Of a DNA stretch of 64,000 bases, positions 38,819-51,012 are shown piece after piece. Position 1 is the first letter of the stretch; every line of letters starts with the position of its first letter. The notes beneath the pieces were generated by a model, which saw only the letters and a program-made list of their open reading frames with translations, ran no database searches and was not told the origin of the DNA. A program made the position numbers and the translations under genes. Origin of the DNA: Eledone cirrhosa. Taxonomy: Eukaryota. The DNA lies in NCBI GenBank assembly GCA_964016885.1, contig OZ024741.1, positions 252,216,001 through 252,280,000 on the forward strand, given 5' to 3'.

Positions 38819-41800
38819 TTACATCACTCTATATATCTGTGTGTATATATATATGTGTGTGTATGTGTTTACATCACTCTATATATCTGTGTGTATATAT
38901 GTGTGTGTGTATGTTTACATCACTCTATATATCTGTGTGTATATATATGTGTGTGTTTACATCACTCTATATATCTGTGTGTATATATGTGTGTGTGTGT
39001 TTACATAACTCTATATATCTGTGTGTATATATATGTGTGTGTGTTTACATCACTCTATATATCTGTGTATATATATGTGTGTGTGTGTTTACATCACTCT
39101 ATATATCTGTGTGTGTGTGTTTACATCACTCTATATATCTGTGTGTATATATATGTGTGTGTGTGTTTACATCACTCTATATATCTGTGTGTGTGTGTTT
39201 ACATCACTCTATATATCTGTGTGTATATATATGAGTGTGTGTGTTTACATCACTCTATATATCCGTGTGTGTATATATATGTGTGTGTGTTTACATCACT
39301 CTATATATCTGTGTGTATATATATGTGTGTGTGTGTGTTTACATAACTCTATATATCTGTGTGTATATATATATGTGTGTGTGTTTACATCACTCTATAT
39401 ATCTGTGTCTATATAAATGTGTGTGTGTGTGTTTACATAACTCTATATATCAGTGTGTATATATATGAGTGTGTGTGTGTTTACATCACTCTATATATCT
39501 GTGTATATATATATGTGTGTGTATGTGTTTACATCACTCTATATATCTGTGTGTATATATGTGTGTGTGTATGTTTACATCACTCTATATATCTGTGTGT
39601 ATATATATGTGTGTGTTTACATCACTCTATATATCTGTGTGTATATATGTGTGTGTGTGTTTACATAACTCTATATATCTGTGTGTATATATATGTGTGT
39701 GTGTTTACATCACTCTATATATCTGTGTATATATATGTGTGTGTGTGTTTACATCACTCTATATATCTGTGTGTGTGTGTTTACATCACTCTATATATCT
39801 GTGTGTATATATATGTGTGTGTGTGTTTACATCACTCTATATATCTGTGTGTGTGTGTTTACATCACTCTATATATCTGTGTGTATATATATGAGTGTGT
39901 GTGTTTACATCACTCTATATATCCGTGTGTGTATATATATCTGTGTGTGTTTACATCACTCTATATATCTGTGTGTATATATATGTGTGTGTGTGTGTTT
40001 ACATAACTCTATATATCTGTGTGTATATATATATGTGTGTGTGTTTACATCACTCTATATATCTGTGTCTATATAAATGTGTGTGTGTGTGTTTACATAA
40101 CTCTATATATCAGTGTGTATATATATGAGTGTGTGTGTGTTTACATCACTCTATATATCTGTGTGTATATATATGTGTGTGTGTGTGTTTACATCACTCT
40201 ATATATCTGTGTGTGTATATATATGTGTGTGTGTTTACATCACTCTATATATCTGTGTGTATATATATATGTGTGTGTGTTTACATCACTCTATATATCT
40301 GTGTGTATATATATGTGTGTGTGTGTGTGTTTACATTACTCTATATATCTGTGTGTATATATGTGTGTGTGTGTGTTTACATCACTCTATATATCTGTGT
40401 GTATATATATGTTTGTGTGTGTGTGTTTACATCACTCTATATATCTGTATGTATATATATGCGTGTGTGTGTGTTTACATCACTCTATATATCTTTGTGT
40501 ATATATATGTATGTGTGTCTTTACATCACTCTATATATCTGTGTGTATATATATATGTGTGTGTGTGTGTTTACATCACTCTATATATCTGTGTGTATAT
40601 ATATGTGTGTGTTTACATCACTCTATATATCTGTGTATATATATGTGTGTGTGTTTACATCACTCTATATATCTTTGTGTATATATATGTGTGTGTGTGT
40701 TTACATCACTCTATATATCTGTGTGTATATATATGTGTGAATGTTTACATCACTCTATATATCTGTGTGTATATATATGTGTGTGTGTTTACATCACTCT
40801 ATATATCTGTGTGTATATATATGTTTGTGTGTGTTTACATCACTCTATATATCTGTGTGTGTATATATATGTGTGTGTGTTTACATCACTCTATATATCT
40901 GTGTGTGTATATATATGTGTGTGTGTGTGTGTTTACATCACTCTATATATCTGTGTATATATATATGTGTGTGTTTACATCACTCTACATATCTGTGTAT
41001 ATATATGTGTGTGTGTGTTTACATCACTCTATATATCTGTGTGTATATATATGTGTGTGTGTTTACATCACTCTATATATCTGTGTGTATTTATATGTGT
41101 GTGTTTACATAACTCTATACATCTGTCTGTATATATATGTGTGTGTGTGTGTTTACATCACTCTATATATCTGTGTGTATATATATGTGTGTATGTGTGT
41201 TTACATCACTCTATATATCTGTGTGTATATATGTGTGTGTGTGTGTTTACATCACTCTATATATCTGTGTGTATATATATGTGTGTGTGTGTTTACATCA
41301 CTCTATATATCTGTGTGTATATATATGTGTGTGTGTGTTTACATCACTCTATATATCTGTGTGTATATATGTGTGTGTGTGTGTTTACATCACTCTATAT
41401 ATCTGTGTGTATATATATGTGTGTGTTTACATCACTCTATATATCTGTGTGTATATATATGTTTGTGTATGTGTGTTTACATCACTCAATATATCTGTAT
41501 GTATATATATGTGTGTGTGTTTACATCACTCTATATATCTGTGTGTATATATATGTGTGTGTGTGTTTACATCACTCTATATATCTGTGTATACATATAT
41601 GTGTGTGTGTGTTTACATCACTCTATATATCTGTGTGTATATATATGTGTGTGTGTGTGTTTACATCACTCTATATATCAGTGTGTATATATATGTGTGT
41701 GTTTACATCACTCTATATATCTGTGTATATATATGTGTGTGTGTTTACATCACTCTATATATCTGTGTGTATATATGTGTGTGTGTGTGTTTACATCACT

Positions 41801-42660
41801 CTATATATCTGTGTGTATATATATGTGTGTGTGTGTGTGTTTACATCACTCTATATATCTGTGTGTATATATATGTATGTGTGTTTACATCACTCTATAT
41901 ATCTGTGTGTATATATGTGTGTGTGTGTGTGTTTACATCACTCAATATATCTGTGTATATATATATATGTGTGTGTGTGTGTTTACATCACTCTATATAT
42001 CTGTGTGTATATATATGTATGTGTGTTTACATCACTCTATATATCTGTGTGTATATATGTGTGTGTGTGTGTGTTTACATCACTCTATATATCTGTGTGT
42101 ATATATGTGTGTGTGTTTACATCACTCTATATATATGTGTGTATATATGTGTGTGTGTGTATTTACATCACTCTATATATCTGTGTGTATATATATGTGT
42201 GTGTGTTTACATCACTCTATATATCTGTGTATATATATGTGTGTGTGTGTGTTTACATCACTCTATATATCTGTCTGTATATGTGTGTGTGTGTGTGTTT
42301 ACTTCACTCTATATATCCGTGTATATATATATGTGTGTGTTTACATAACTCTATATATCTGTGTGTATATATATATGTGTGTGTGTTTACATCACTCTAT
42401 ATATCTGTGTGTATATATATATGTGTGTGTGTGTTTACATCACTCTATATATCTGTGTGTATATATATGTGTGTGTGTGTTTACATCACTCTATATATCT
42501 GTGTGAATATATATGTGTGTGTGTTTTTACATCACTCTATATATCTGTGTGTATATATATGTGTGTGTGTGTTTACATCACTCTATATATCTGTGTGTAT
42601 ATATATGTGTGTGTATATTTACATCACTCTATATATCTGTGTGTATATATCTATGTGTGT
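38278..42660. repeat. About 4.4-kb minisatellite: constant TTTACATCACTCTATATATCTG core plus variable (TG)n(TA)n(TG)n
   Basis: Roughly 90-100 units of about 30-55 bp (estimate), with a 660-bp internal block duplication. Confidence 0.97.
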
Positions 42661-42770
42661 GTTCAATAAATATTTCATATACAGCAATGTGGTCAGTTTT
42701 CATGTATGTATATCTATCTCTGTATGCATTATATTTATTTTAAAGAGGAAGGAAATAGCCAGTACACATG

Positions 42771-42821
<51 letters not shown>

Positions 42822-42918
42822 ATACATATATATGATGATATATGAATATATATATATATATACATATATATTATGATATATGAATATATATATGTATATA
42901 CATATATATGGTGATATA

Positions 42919-43042
<124 letters not shown>

Positions 43043-43432
43043 CACAAACATTTGTATCATGATGGAACATGCTCACTGCCCCCTTCAATGTGGTGGAGGA
43101 ACAAAACCGTACAATCTAAGGTAGATAGGACCCTTTCATATCATCAAGGAGATATCATCCCAAGTGGTTTTGCAACGATAAAATGGACCCAGTGCACTCA
43201 GTAAAAGTGTTGGCATTAGGAAACGTATCCTGTCATAGAAACCATATCAAAATATTAAATATATGATCAAGTTGTTGTCTCTTTGATCCTTCTAATCTTC
43301 GACCATTACATCGCGTTGAATCAACGACCCCCATGTAAAAGAGGTATTAAATGATGGTGATGATGATTGATATAATACATACACTTGGTTGGTTGGTGTG
43401 CAACATTGAATATATATCCTTATATATCATCA

Positions 43433-44388
43433 AAGGGAGGTGGATTGGCAGAATCGGTAGACGGTCGGACGCCATGCTTTGACGCATAGAGTTACGGCCC
43501 TTGCCATAATGAGTTCAAATCCCGCCGAGGTTAACTCTGCCTTTCATCCTTACAGGGTCGATAAAATAAAGCACCAGGAATACACTGGGATAATTGCTGG
43601 CCTTGTGCCAAAAGTAGAAACAATTATATATCATCATTATCATCATCATCATCATTTTAAATCCATTTTTCCATGCTAGCATGGGTTAGACGAGTTGTCC
43701 TATTGTGGGCAATGCTAGGTCAGGTGACCATGTCTTGCTCACACAGAACTAATGTATGCATATAGACTTGTTTTGGGCTGGTGTTTGCAATCTCTGTCTG
43801 AGTGAAACTTAGGAGATTCTTAAAGGTGAACCCAGTTAATTAATAGAAAAGCCGACTTCTTTGATGCTTGTCTACACCTGGCATTTGGTTGGTATCTTCC
43901 TCAATCAATATGGAGGATAATTAAAGTTAAATTTGAATTAATAATTAATTAAGAATAACAGCCCATCGTAAAATAGTTGTTTCTACTTTAGGCACAAGGC
44001 CAGTAATTATCCCAGTGCATTACTGGTACTTTATTTTATCGACCTCGTAAGGATGAAAGGCAAAGTCAACCTCGGCAAAATAGTAGAAGAGTAACAGTGG
44101 TATATATTATTCAATGACACTTCAGGCCTGAGTATGTGCCACAATCTACCTAGCATTATCATTACCCTACACGGTGGAGTGCCAGCATCGGTGAAGCATC
44201 GGACAACATTCTTTATGGCATAGAGTTATGGTCCTTTATGATCAGAGTTCAAATCCTGCCGAGGTTAGCTTTGTCTTTCATCCTTACGAAGCCAATAAAA
44301 TAAAGTACTAGTAATGCGTTGGGGTCGATTTAGTTGACTTTCCCCTCCCCTAAAATTGTTGGCCTTGTGCCTCAACCAGAAACCATTA
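43433..44388. mobile_element. Three Nin-domain-type SINE copies (43433-43626 +, 43975-44077 -, about 44173-44388 +) and an RTE 3'UTR fragment
   Basis: Shared GCC/GTCTTTCATCCTTAC..GTCGATAAAATAAAG core. Confidence 0.85.
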
Positions 44389-44572
44389 TCTTTACCCTAC
44401 CCACATATACCAGTTAGATACAGTTGACTATGTACCAAACCCTTAACTACTGAATCATACAAGACTTCACACTGACACCCCCTAACTTACTTTAGACATT
44501 ATACTAGCAAAGATACAACACATTCTCACACTGAACCTAGAACTAATAATTACCATACATAAACACCGAGAC

Positions 44573-44890
44573 CAGGGCCAGATTTAATGGGGTAGGCAAA
44601 AGAGGCAATTACCCCTGGCCCTCTCAATGGAGGTGGGGGGCAGGGCACCAGTGACGGCTGTAGCAATTTATTTGTACCCTCAGCTAGTCTTTTTAGTTTT
44701 AGGACGGTTAGAATTTTTTAATTTAATACCTGTTTGTATAACTTTTCAATTCCAATTACTTGTGGCAAGGAGACTTTGATATTTAAAATTGGGGACTTTG
44801 CTGTGTACTCTAATTTTTTGTGTATGGGAGCCCCCCCCCCCCCCCCAATCTGAAGTGCCTCAGGCTCCCCAAGGTCTAAACCCAACCCTG
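44573..44890. mobile_element. hAT-type MITE
   Basis: TIRs CAGGGCCAGATTTA / TAAACCCAACCCTG, with an imperfect 8-bp TSD accgagac/actgaggc. Confidence 0.7.
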
Positions 44891-45150
44891 ACTGAGGCCA
44901 CAGAGACAAATTCAGCCATGTAATATGACCTTAAATCTTGAATCACACAGGATTTAACACTTAAACATCCTAAATTAATCTAGACATTTGCTAGCAATAC
45001 TATAACAAACATCCCCCTTTTCTCACTCAATCTCTCATTTAAATGTCTACTTGCATACATTCATATTTTTTTATTTTCTATTCTTTTATCCTAATCTAAT
45101 ATTTATGTCATTTCACTTACACTGTTTTGTAAGGATGTTGTATATATATA

Positions 45151-46043
45151 TATGGAAAAGAATGAAACGAAATTTCATTTCTCACTCTTAGTACGGCTGA
45201 TACCTAAATATAAGTATGTATACGTACATACATATATGTGTACAGACGTACAGTAGTATGTATATATATACATACATGCACACATATATATATATGTACG
45301 TATTGGGTTTACCGAACATTTATTATAATATTCGGTTTGTGTGTAAACAAACACCCCGAATTACGCCGTACAGTGCTGGGCAACCATCGTCGCCCTTTTG
45401 TTCAACACTGACACAGGAACAATGTACAAGTTTCAAGCTTATTAGCTATCGTCAGCATCGTATACCTTTCTGCGTAATTCGGGCTGTTTGTTTTCAAGCA
45501 AACCGAACATTATAATAAATGTTCGGTAAACCCATACGTACATATATATATATGTGTGCATGTATGTATATATATACATACTACTGTACGTCTGTATACA
45601 TACATACTTATATTTAGGTATCAGCCGTACTAAGAGTGAGAAATGAAATTTAGTTTCATTCTTTTCCATTTATCGTTTTCGGTACGCCCGGCCAACTAAC
45701 TCACTCGATATGCAAATTAGGCTGCTCAGCCGTTAATATGCATAAGGAAAGTATATACTTTCAGACGTTCAATCATCTGACAGAAAGGTATACGATGCTG
45801 ACGATAGCTAATAAGCTTGAAACTAGTACATCGTTCCTGTGTCAGTGTTGAACAAAAGGACGACGATGGTTGCCAAGCACTGTACGGCGTAATTCGGGCT
45901 GTTTGTTTACAAACAAACCGAGCATTATAATAAAAGTTTGGTAAACCCATACGTACATATATATATATGTGTGTGCAAGTATGTATATATATACATACTA
46001 CTGTGCGTCTGTACACATATATGTATGTACGTATACATACTTA
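45151..46043. mobile_element. Family B: inverted copy plus a 415-bp-period direct repeat, with two hammerheads (45419-45461 -, 45792-45834 +)
   Basis: gcgtaattcgggctgtttg occurs at 45472 and 45887. 45151-45472 is an inverted partial unit. Confidence 0.85.
45792..45834 (+). ncRNA. Minimal type I hammerhead ribozyme (family B)
   Basis: ACGAUG-CUGACGA-U-AGCU(AAUA)AGCU-U-GAA-ACUAGU-A^CAUCGU. Helix I is a perfect 6 bp and cleavage is predicted after 45828. Confidence 0.85.
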
Positions 46044-46087
46044 TATATATATATATATATATATACATATATATATGTGTGCGTGTG

Positions 46088-46131
<44 letters not shown>

Positions 46132-46179
46132 GATATATATATAGATATATGCATGTATATATATATATATATATATATA

Positions 46180-46369
46180 ACGAAGGAAAAGTGGTAAGGA
46201 ACCAGGTGGACCATAACGCACCAAAGTACTCAATACTTAGGGTAGTAGAGTGGGTAATAGGAACATGGGGTCTTACTTGTTCCTATATATATATATATAT
46301 ATATATAGATATATAGATATATATATAGGAACAAGTAAGACCCCATGTTCCTATTACCCACTCTACTAC
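46180..46369. repeat. Fold-back repeat with a (TA)n spacer
   Basis: gtagtagagtgggtaataggaacatggggtcttacttgttcctat (from about 46243) has its exact reverse complement ending at about 46369. Confidence 0.85.
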
Positions 46370-46642
46370 AAATACACACCTACACAAACGCATATATATA
46401 TACTTATATATATTTATATTATTATATATATATATATATATATATATAGATATATATATATATATATATATATATAATAATATAAATATATATAAGTATA
46501 TATATATGCGTTTGTGTAGGTGTGTATCTGTGTGTGTCTATGTGTGTATATATGTATGTGTGTGTGTGTATATATGTATGTATGTGTGTGTATATATGTA
46601 TGTGTATATATGTATGTGTGTATATATGTATATGTGTGTATA

Positions 46643-47571
46643 AATAATTGTTTCAACTTTTGGCACAAGGCCAGCAATTACCCAGTACATTACTGGTGCT
46701 TTATTTTATCGACCCCGTAAGGATGAAAGGCAAAGTTAACCTCGGCGGGATTTGAACTCAGATCGTAAAGGGACATAACTCTTTGCGTCAAAGCATAGCG
46801 TCCGACCCTCTACTGATACTGCCAATCCACCGCCCTATATGTGTATAAATAATAAAATCATTATATATATGTGCGTATATGTGTGTATATGTGAGCCTAT
46901 GTGTGTGAGTGTGTGTGCGTTTATACTTCATTTTGTATTTTCATCCTCATTATTGACTACTATTATATCCACACCTTTTCATACCTAATTGCAATTCTAC
47001 ACATCCTATGTGCATACCTATAGGGAAGGACACTTGGAAACAAGAGAGATGCTTGAACTATGAGGCAATTGAATACGGATTATATTTCTCATGTTTAGGG
47101 CGGTGGATTGGCAGTATCGGTAGACGGTCGGACGCCATGCTTTCCAGCATATTTACGTCCCTTTACGATCTGAGTTCAAATCCCGCCGAGGTTGACTTTG
47201 CCTTTCATCCTTACGGGGTCGACAAAATAAAGTACCAGTAATGTACTGGGTAATTGCTGGCCTTGTGCCTAAAGTAGAAACAATTATATTTCTCATGTTT
47301 ATCCATCATTACACTGTTTATATTGTTGTGGTTGTTATTGTCAATCTTACAGCTATTATTGTGGTTCTTAGGGCGGTGAATTGGCAGTATCGGTAGAGGG
47401 TTGGACGCCATGCTTTGACGCATAGAGTTACGGCCCTTGCCATTCTGAGTTCAAATCCCGCCGAGGTTAACTTTGCCTTTCATCCTTACGGGGTCGATAA
47501 AATAAAGTACCAGTAATGTACTGGATAATTGCTGGCCTTGTGCCAAAAGTAGAAACAATTATTGTGGTTCT
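46643..47571. mobile_element. Three full-length Nin-domain-type SINEs (46643-46836 -, 47098-47287 +, 47370-47562 +)
   Basis: About 190 bp each, with A/B-box-like motifs. TSDs are attatatttctcatgttta (19 bp) and attattgtggttct (14 bp). Confidence 0.92.
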
Positions 47572-47799
47572 CATTGATGGTGTTGTACTATTTTGAACAA
47601 CTCTTATCACCCCATACAACTGACATGGCTTTATAGCACACTTGTAGTTCTTCTATCAGGTTAATCAAAATGTGACAAAGTGAGTTTACAATTGCCTGGG
47701 TAATGGAATTGGTGACCATTTATTTGGCCTGGAGCCAAATAAATCACAACACACCATCTGAGAGGTGTTTACTAATAAACTTGAAATTCCTTTAAAAGG

Positions 47800-48235
47800 T
47801 CAAATAACTCTCAAATCTTTAATGGGAGGTTGGAGTGATGAGAAACGATCATAAATGAACTATACACATGGTACGTTCCTTGGAAAGACTAATCTACAAA
47901 CCCCAACCTGCACATTTCCTAACTGTCCCATCAACAATGCAGAAATGTTCTTGAGAGCATATGTAGTCTACATGAACACATGTAGACAATGTAGCTCCTT
48001 ATACATCGGAAGTACTGTCCAAATGCTGCACATATGGGTCAAGGAACACATGATAATGAAAGCTTCATGTGTCAAAAAACACCTTGACAAATATCACATC
48101 TGAGACTTTAAGGTCACCATAGAAGCACCAGAAAGGAATGTGGGGAGTTTAAGAATTAAAGAGGCTTTAATCAACACACAGAAGCTACAAATAAACAATA
48201 CATCAGAACTACATGAAGCAGAGTGTCTTCTATGA
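47800..48235 (+). pseudogene. Decayed Penelope-like GIY-YIG endonuclease
   Basis: VVYMNTCRQCSSLYIGSTVQMLHIWVKEH...KKH, then after a stop DFKVTIEAPERNVGSLRIKEALI..IN. Confidence 0.85.
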
Positions 48236-48447
48236 CTGCCCCACCCATGAGAGATCCAGATACTTGCACCAGTTAAGGAAGGACACTTTGTTCGTTTTTG
48301 TTTTGCATTTTAAAAGAGAGTACTAAACCTGAAATATTATGTTGAAATAAACTGGGTAATAAAGACATTACTTCGTTTGGTTGTATTTCTTATCCTTTGT
48401 ACTTTATATATTTCTACCACATTCTATCTGCTTTCTGATATATTTAT

Positions 48448-48509
<62 letters not shown>

Positions 48510-48896
48510 TATCTTTTTCCATTTATCTGAGGGTTCTAAACCCCATTATCAGGCTAAAATTTCTTTAGTCAAAAATACGGTGAAAGCTATTCTATTTTCT
48601 AATTTCACACCTGCTCACTGTTTCAAAACATACTTACTCATCATATATATATATATATATTTAATACAGAAATGGCTTCTACAGGACTAGAACTGTTTCA
48701 TTTGAAGGAAGCCATTTCTATATTAAATATTTATACTCTGCTATGTATTGAGTACCTTACTTACTGTGGTTACCACCAATTGAACCTGGGATACACACAC
48801 ACACACATACATATATATATATGTAAAAGGTAAACAGGAATAACAACACAATCGGTAAAGTTGCACTGGAAGATATTCTGTGAATTTTGATTCCCT

Positions 48897-48977
48897 GAAA
48901 TCACAATACATATTTCAATGGCCCAGCTCCATCTTCCATTTATGATGCAATACAGGATGGTCTCATCAGGTAACTTC
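48897..48977 (-). ncRNA. Type I hammerhead motif with long helix II insert
   Basis: GAAGUUAC-CUGAUGA-(about 46 nt)-GAA-AUA(UG)UAU-U^GUGAUUUC, with an 8-bp helix I. Confidence 0.65.
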
Positions 48978-49408
48978 AACAGAATTACAAAACAAGGTTA
49001 CGTAGAATCCATACTTATCGTGGAAGATAGGGAAAAGAGAATAGGAAATCGAAAAATGAAAATTTGACTTTGGGACTGCCTGCAAAAAAAACTGTTGTGA
49101 TGTGGGATATATATGTGGGGGCGTAGGATAAATGATAAAGATTTGAAAAAAACATGTAATCGGCTTATATTTTATGTGTCATATGTATAATACACGAGGA
49201 CATTTTTTTTTTACTTATTGTACCTACATATTTCATTATAGTAAAACGAAACATTTTTTTTACATCAAAAAGAATAGTTTTGTATTTTGTCATGTGTAGT
49301 ACACAACGAGAAATATTTATTTGCATCAAAAAATAATTTTTGTATTTACATGTTATGTGTATAGTAAACAACAATAAAAATATGTTGATATCTCAAAGAG
49401 TAGTTTAT

Positions 49409-49445
49409 ACTTGACCGGTTTCACCTAAAACGGTTTTTCAAAAGT
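49409..49445 (-). ncRNA. Hammerhead motif, U3-A8 variant
   Basis: ACUU-UUGAAAA-ACC(GUUUUA)GGU-GAA-ACCGGU-C^AAGU. Confidence 0.65.
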
Positions 49446-49477
49446 TATTTCATGCTTGTTTTCCATTTATAATGTTA

Positions 49478-50050
49478 CTAGCAGTGGTACTCGGCGTTGC
49501 ACGGGATAAGGTATTGTGAAATATATAACCGCCTTAGCTAAGCTTAGCTGGCAAAGAAGTAAGGGTCTGGTGGTACGTAAGTAAGCAACGCTGTGGCTTA
49601 AAACGTGAGGAAGAAGTTGTGTGCACTTACCAACTGTTTGGTGAATGAGTGTGAGATGTGTCTTGAGCAAGGGTGGCAGAATAACCGGAGGCAGCAGACA
49701 AGCAGACATACAGTCAGATATTATAAGGGAGCGTTGTGGACGCAGAGCGAATTGTAGGAAGTGACGTAACGCAGACAGCCAGACATACAGACAGATATTA
49801 TAAGGGCGCGACGTTATATATATGTATCTATCTAAAAAGAGAAAGACTAAGAATTATAGAGAGAGATCGCTAAATCACCTAATGCGGTCCCTAGGGCATT
49901 GAAAATTTGAAGTTTTTTACTCAGAACACTCCCTGAAACATAAGTATTACATGTGTAAAGTTTGAAAACAGTCGGTTGAGTGGTTCTCTAGATTTAGGGA
50001 TTCAAACTCACACACACACAGACAGACATCCTCAGTTTTATATATATAGA
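49478..50050 (-). mobile_element. Non-autonomous Helitron-type element
   Basis: The minus strand starts TCTATATATATAAAACTGAGGATGTCTGTCTG and ends with the GC-rich subterminal segment CCCGTGCAACGCCGAGTACCACTG followed by CTAG. Confidence 0.75.
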
Positions 50051-50599
50051 CTAGCAGAAAACCACCCGGTGGGCGGTTTTCTGCTAGCAAATCTAGTGTA
50101 TATACTGATATTGTTGAGATTTGGATGAGAAATGTTTTCGGCACCACATGTTCACCGTCTCTCGGTGTGTCTTTTATGCATGTATAAATATATATGTTAT
50201 CTATACGGTGAAATCTTTGAAATAAATATATGTTAAAACGAAAAAGGAGAAAAAGAGATTAGTGACGGAAATATAAACGTTATGATACATAAACGTTATG
50301 ATATAACGATGGAAATATATCTTCAAATGGTCCTTGGCATGGTGTCAAGTCAGAACCGCCTTGAACTGGTTACTTCTGGCTTGTGCAAGGTGTCTCTATA
50401 GCAACCAGCGATTCCCTCGGCCTCAGTGACCAAAGTCAGGGGAGAGGGGAAGGTAATGTTTCTATAGCGACAGTGTTTCTCTTGGTAGTACCAAAGTGGA
50501 GAAAGGAAGGGGAAGGTAATATTTCTGTAGCACCTAAATTTGAGTTTTAGGGAAGGACAGACAGACAGACAGACAAACAGAGAAATGCCCATATATTTC

Positions 50600-50600
<1 letters not shown>
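50051..50600 (-). mobile_element. Second Helitron-type piece in tandem
   Basis: A CTAG-bounded hairpin at 50051-50087 and a (GACA)n subterminal tract near 50560. A similar 5' end (TCTCCTTATAATATATAA) lies at about 51430-51472. Confidence 0.5.
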
Positions 50601-50652
<52 letters not shown>

Positions 50653-50686
50653 CACACACAGAAATGTATATATATTTCTGTGTCTG

Positions 50687-50743
<57 letters not shown>

Positions 50744-51012
50744 CACACACAGAAATGTATATATATATTTCTGTGTGTATATATATATATATTACACACA
50801 CAGAAATGTATATATATTTCTGTGTGTATATATATATATTTCTGTGTGTGTATATATATATATATATTACACACACAGAAATGTATATATATTTCTTAGA
50901 ACAAAATTATTATTAATGTTTTGCTGTTCATAACAATTGGAATTGAAAAATTACTTTTGAAATTATTAGTTATTTTACTAATGCTTAGATATGTAAAAAT
51001 GAAGCAATGTTT

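Noticed and set aside
38278-42660. CRISPR-like pattern of constant repeat plus variable spacer
   Set aside because: The spacers are only (TG)n(TA)n length variants, there are no cas genes, and the context is eukaryotic.
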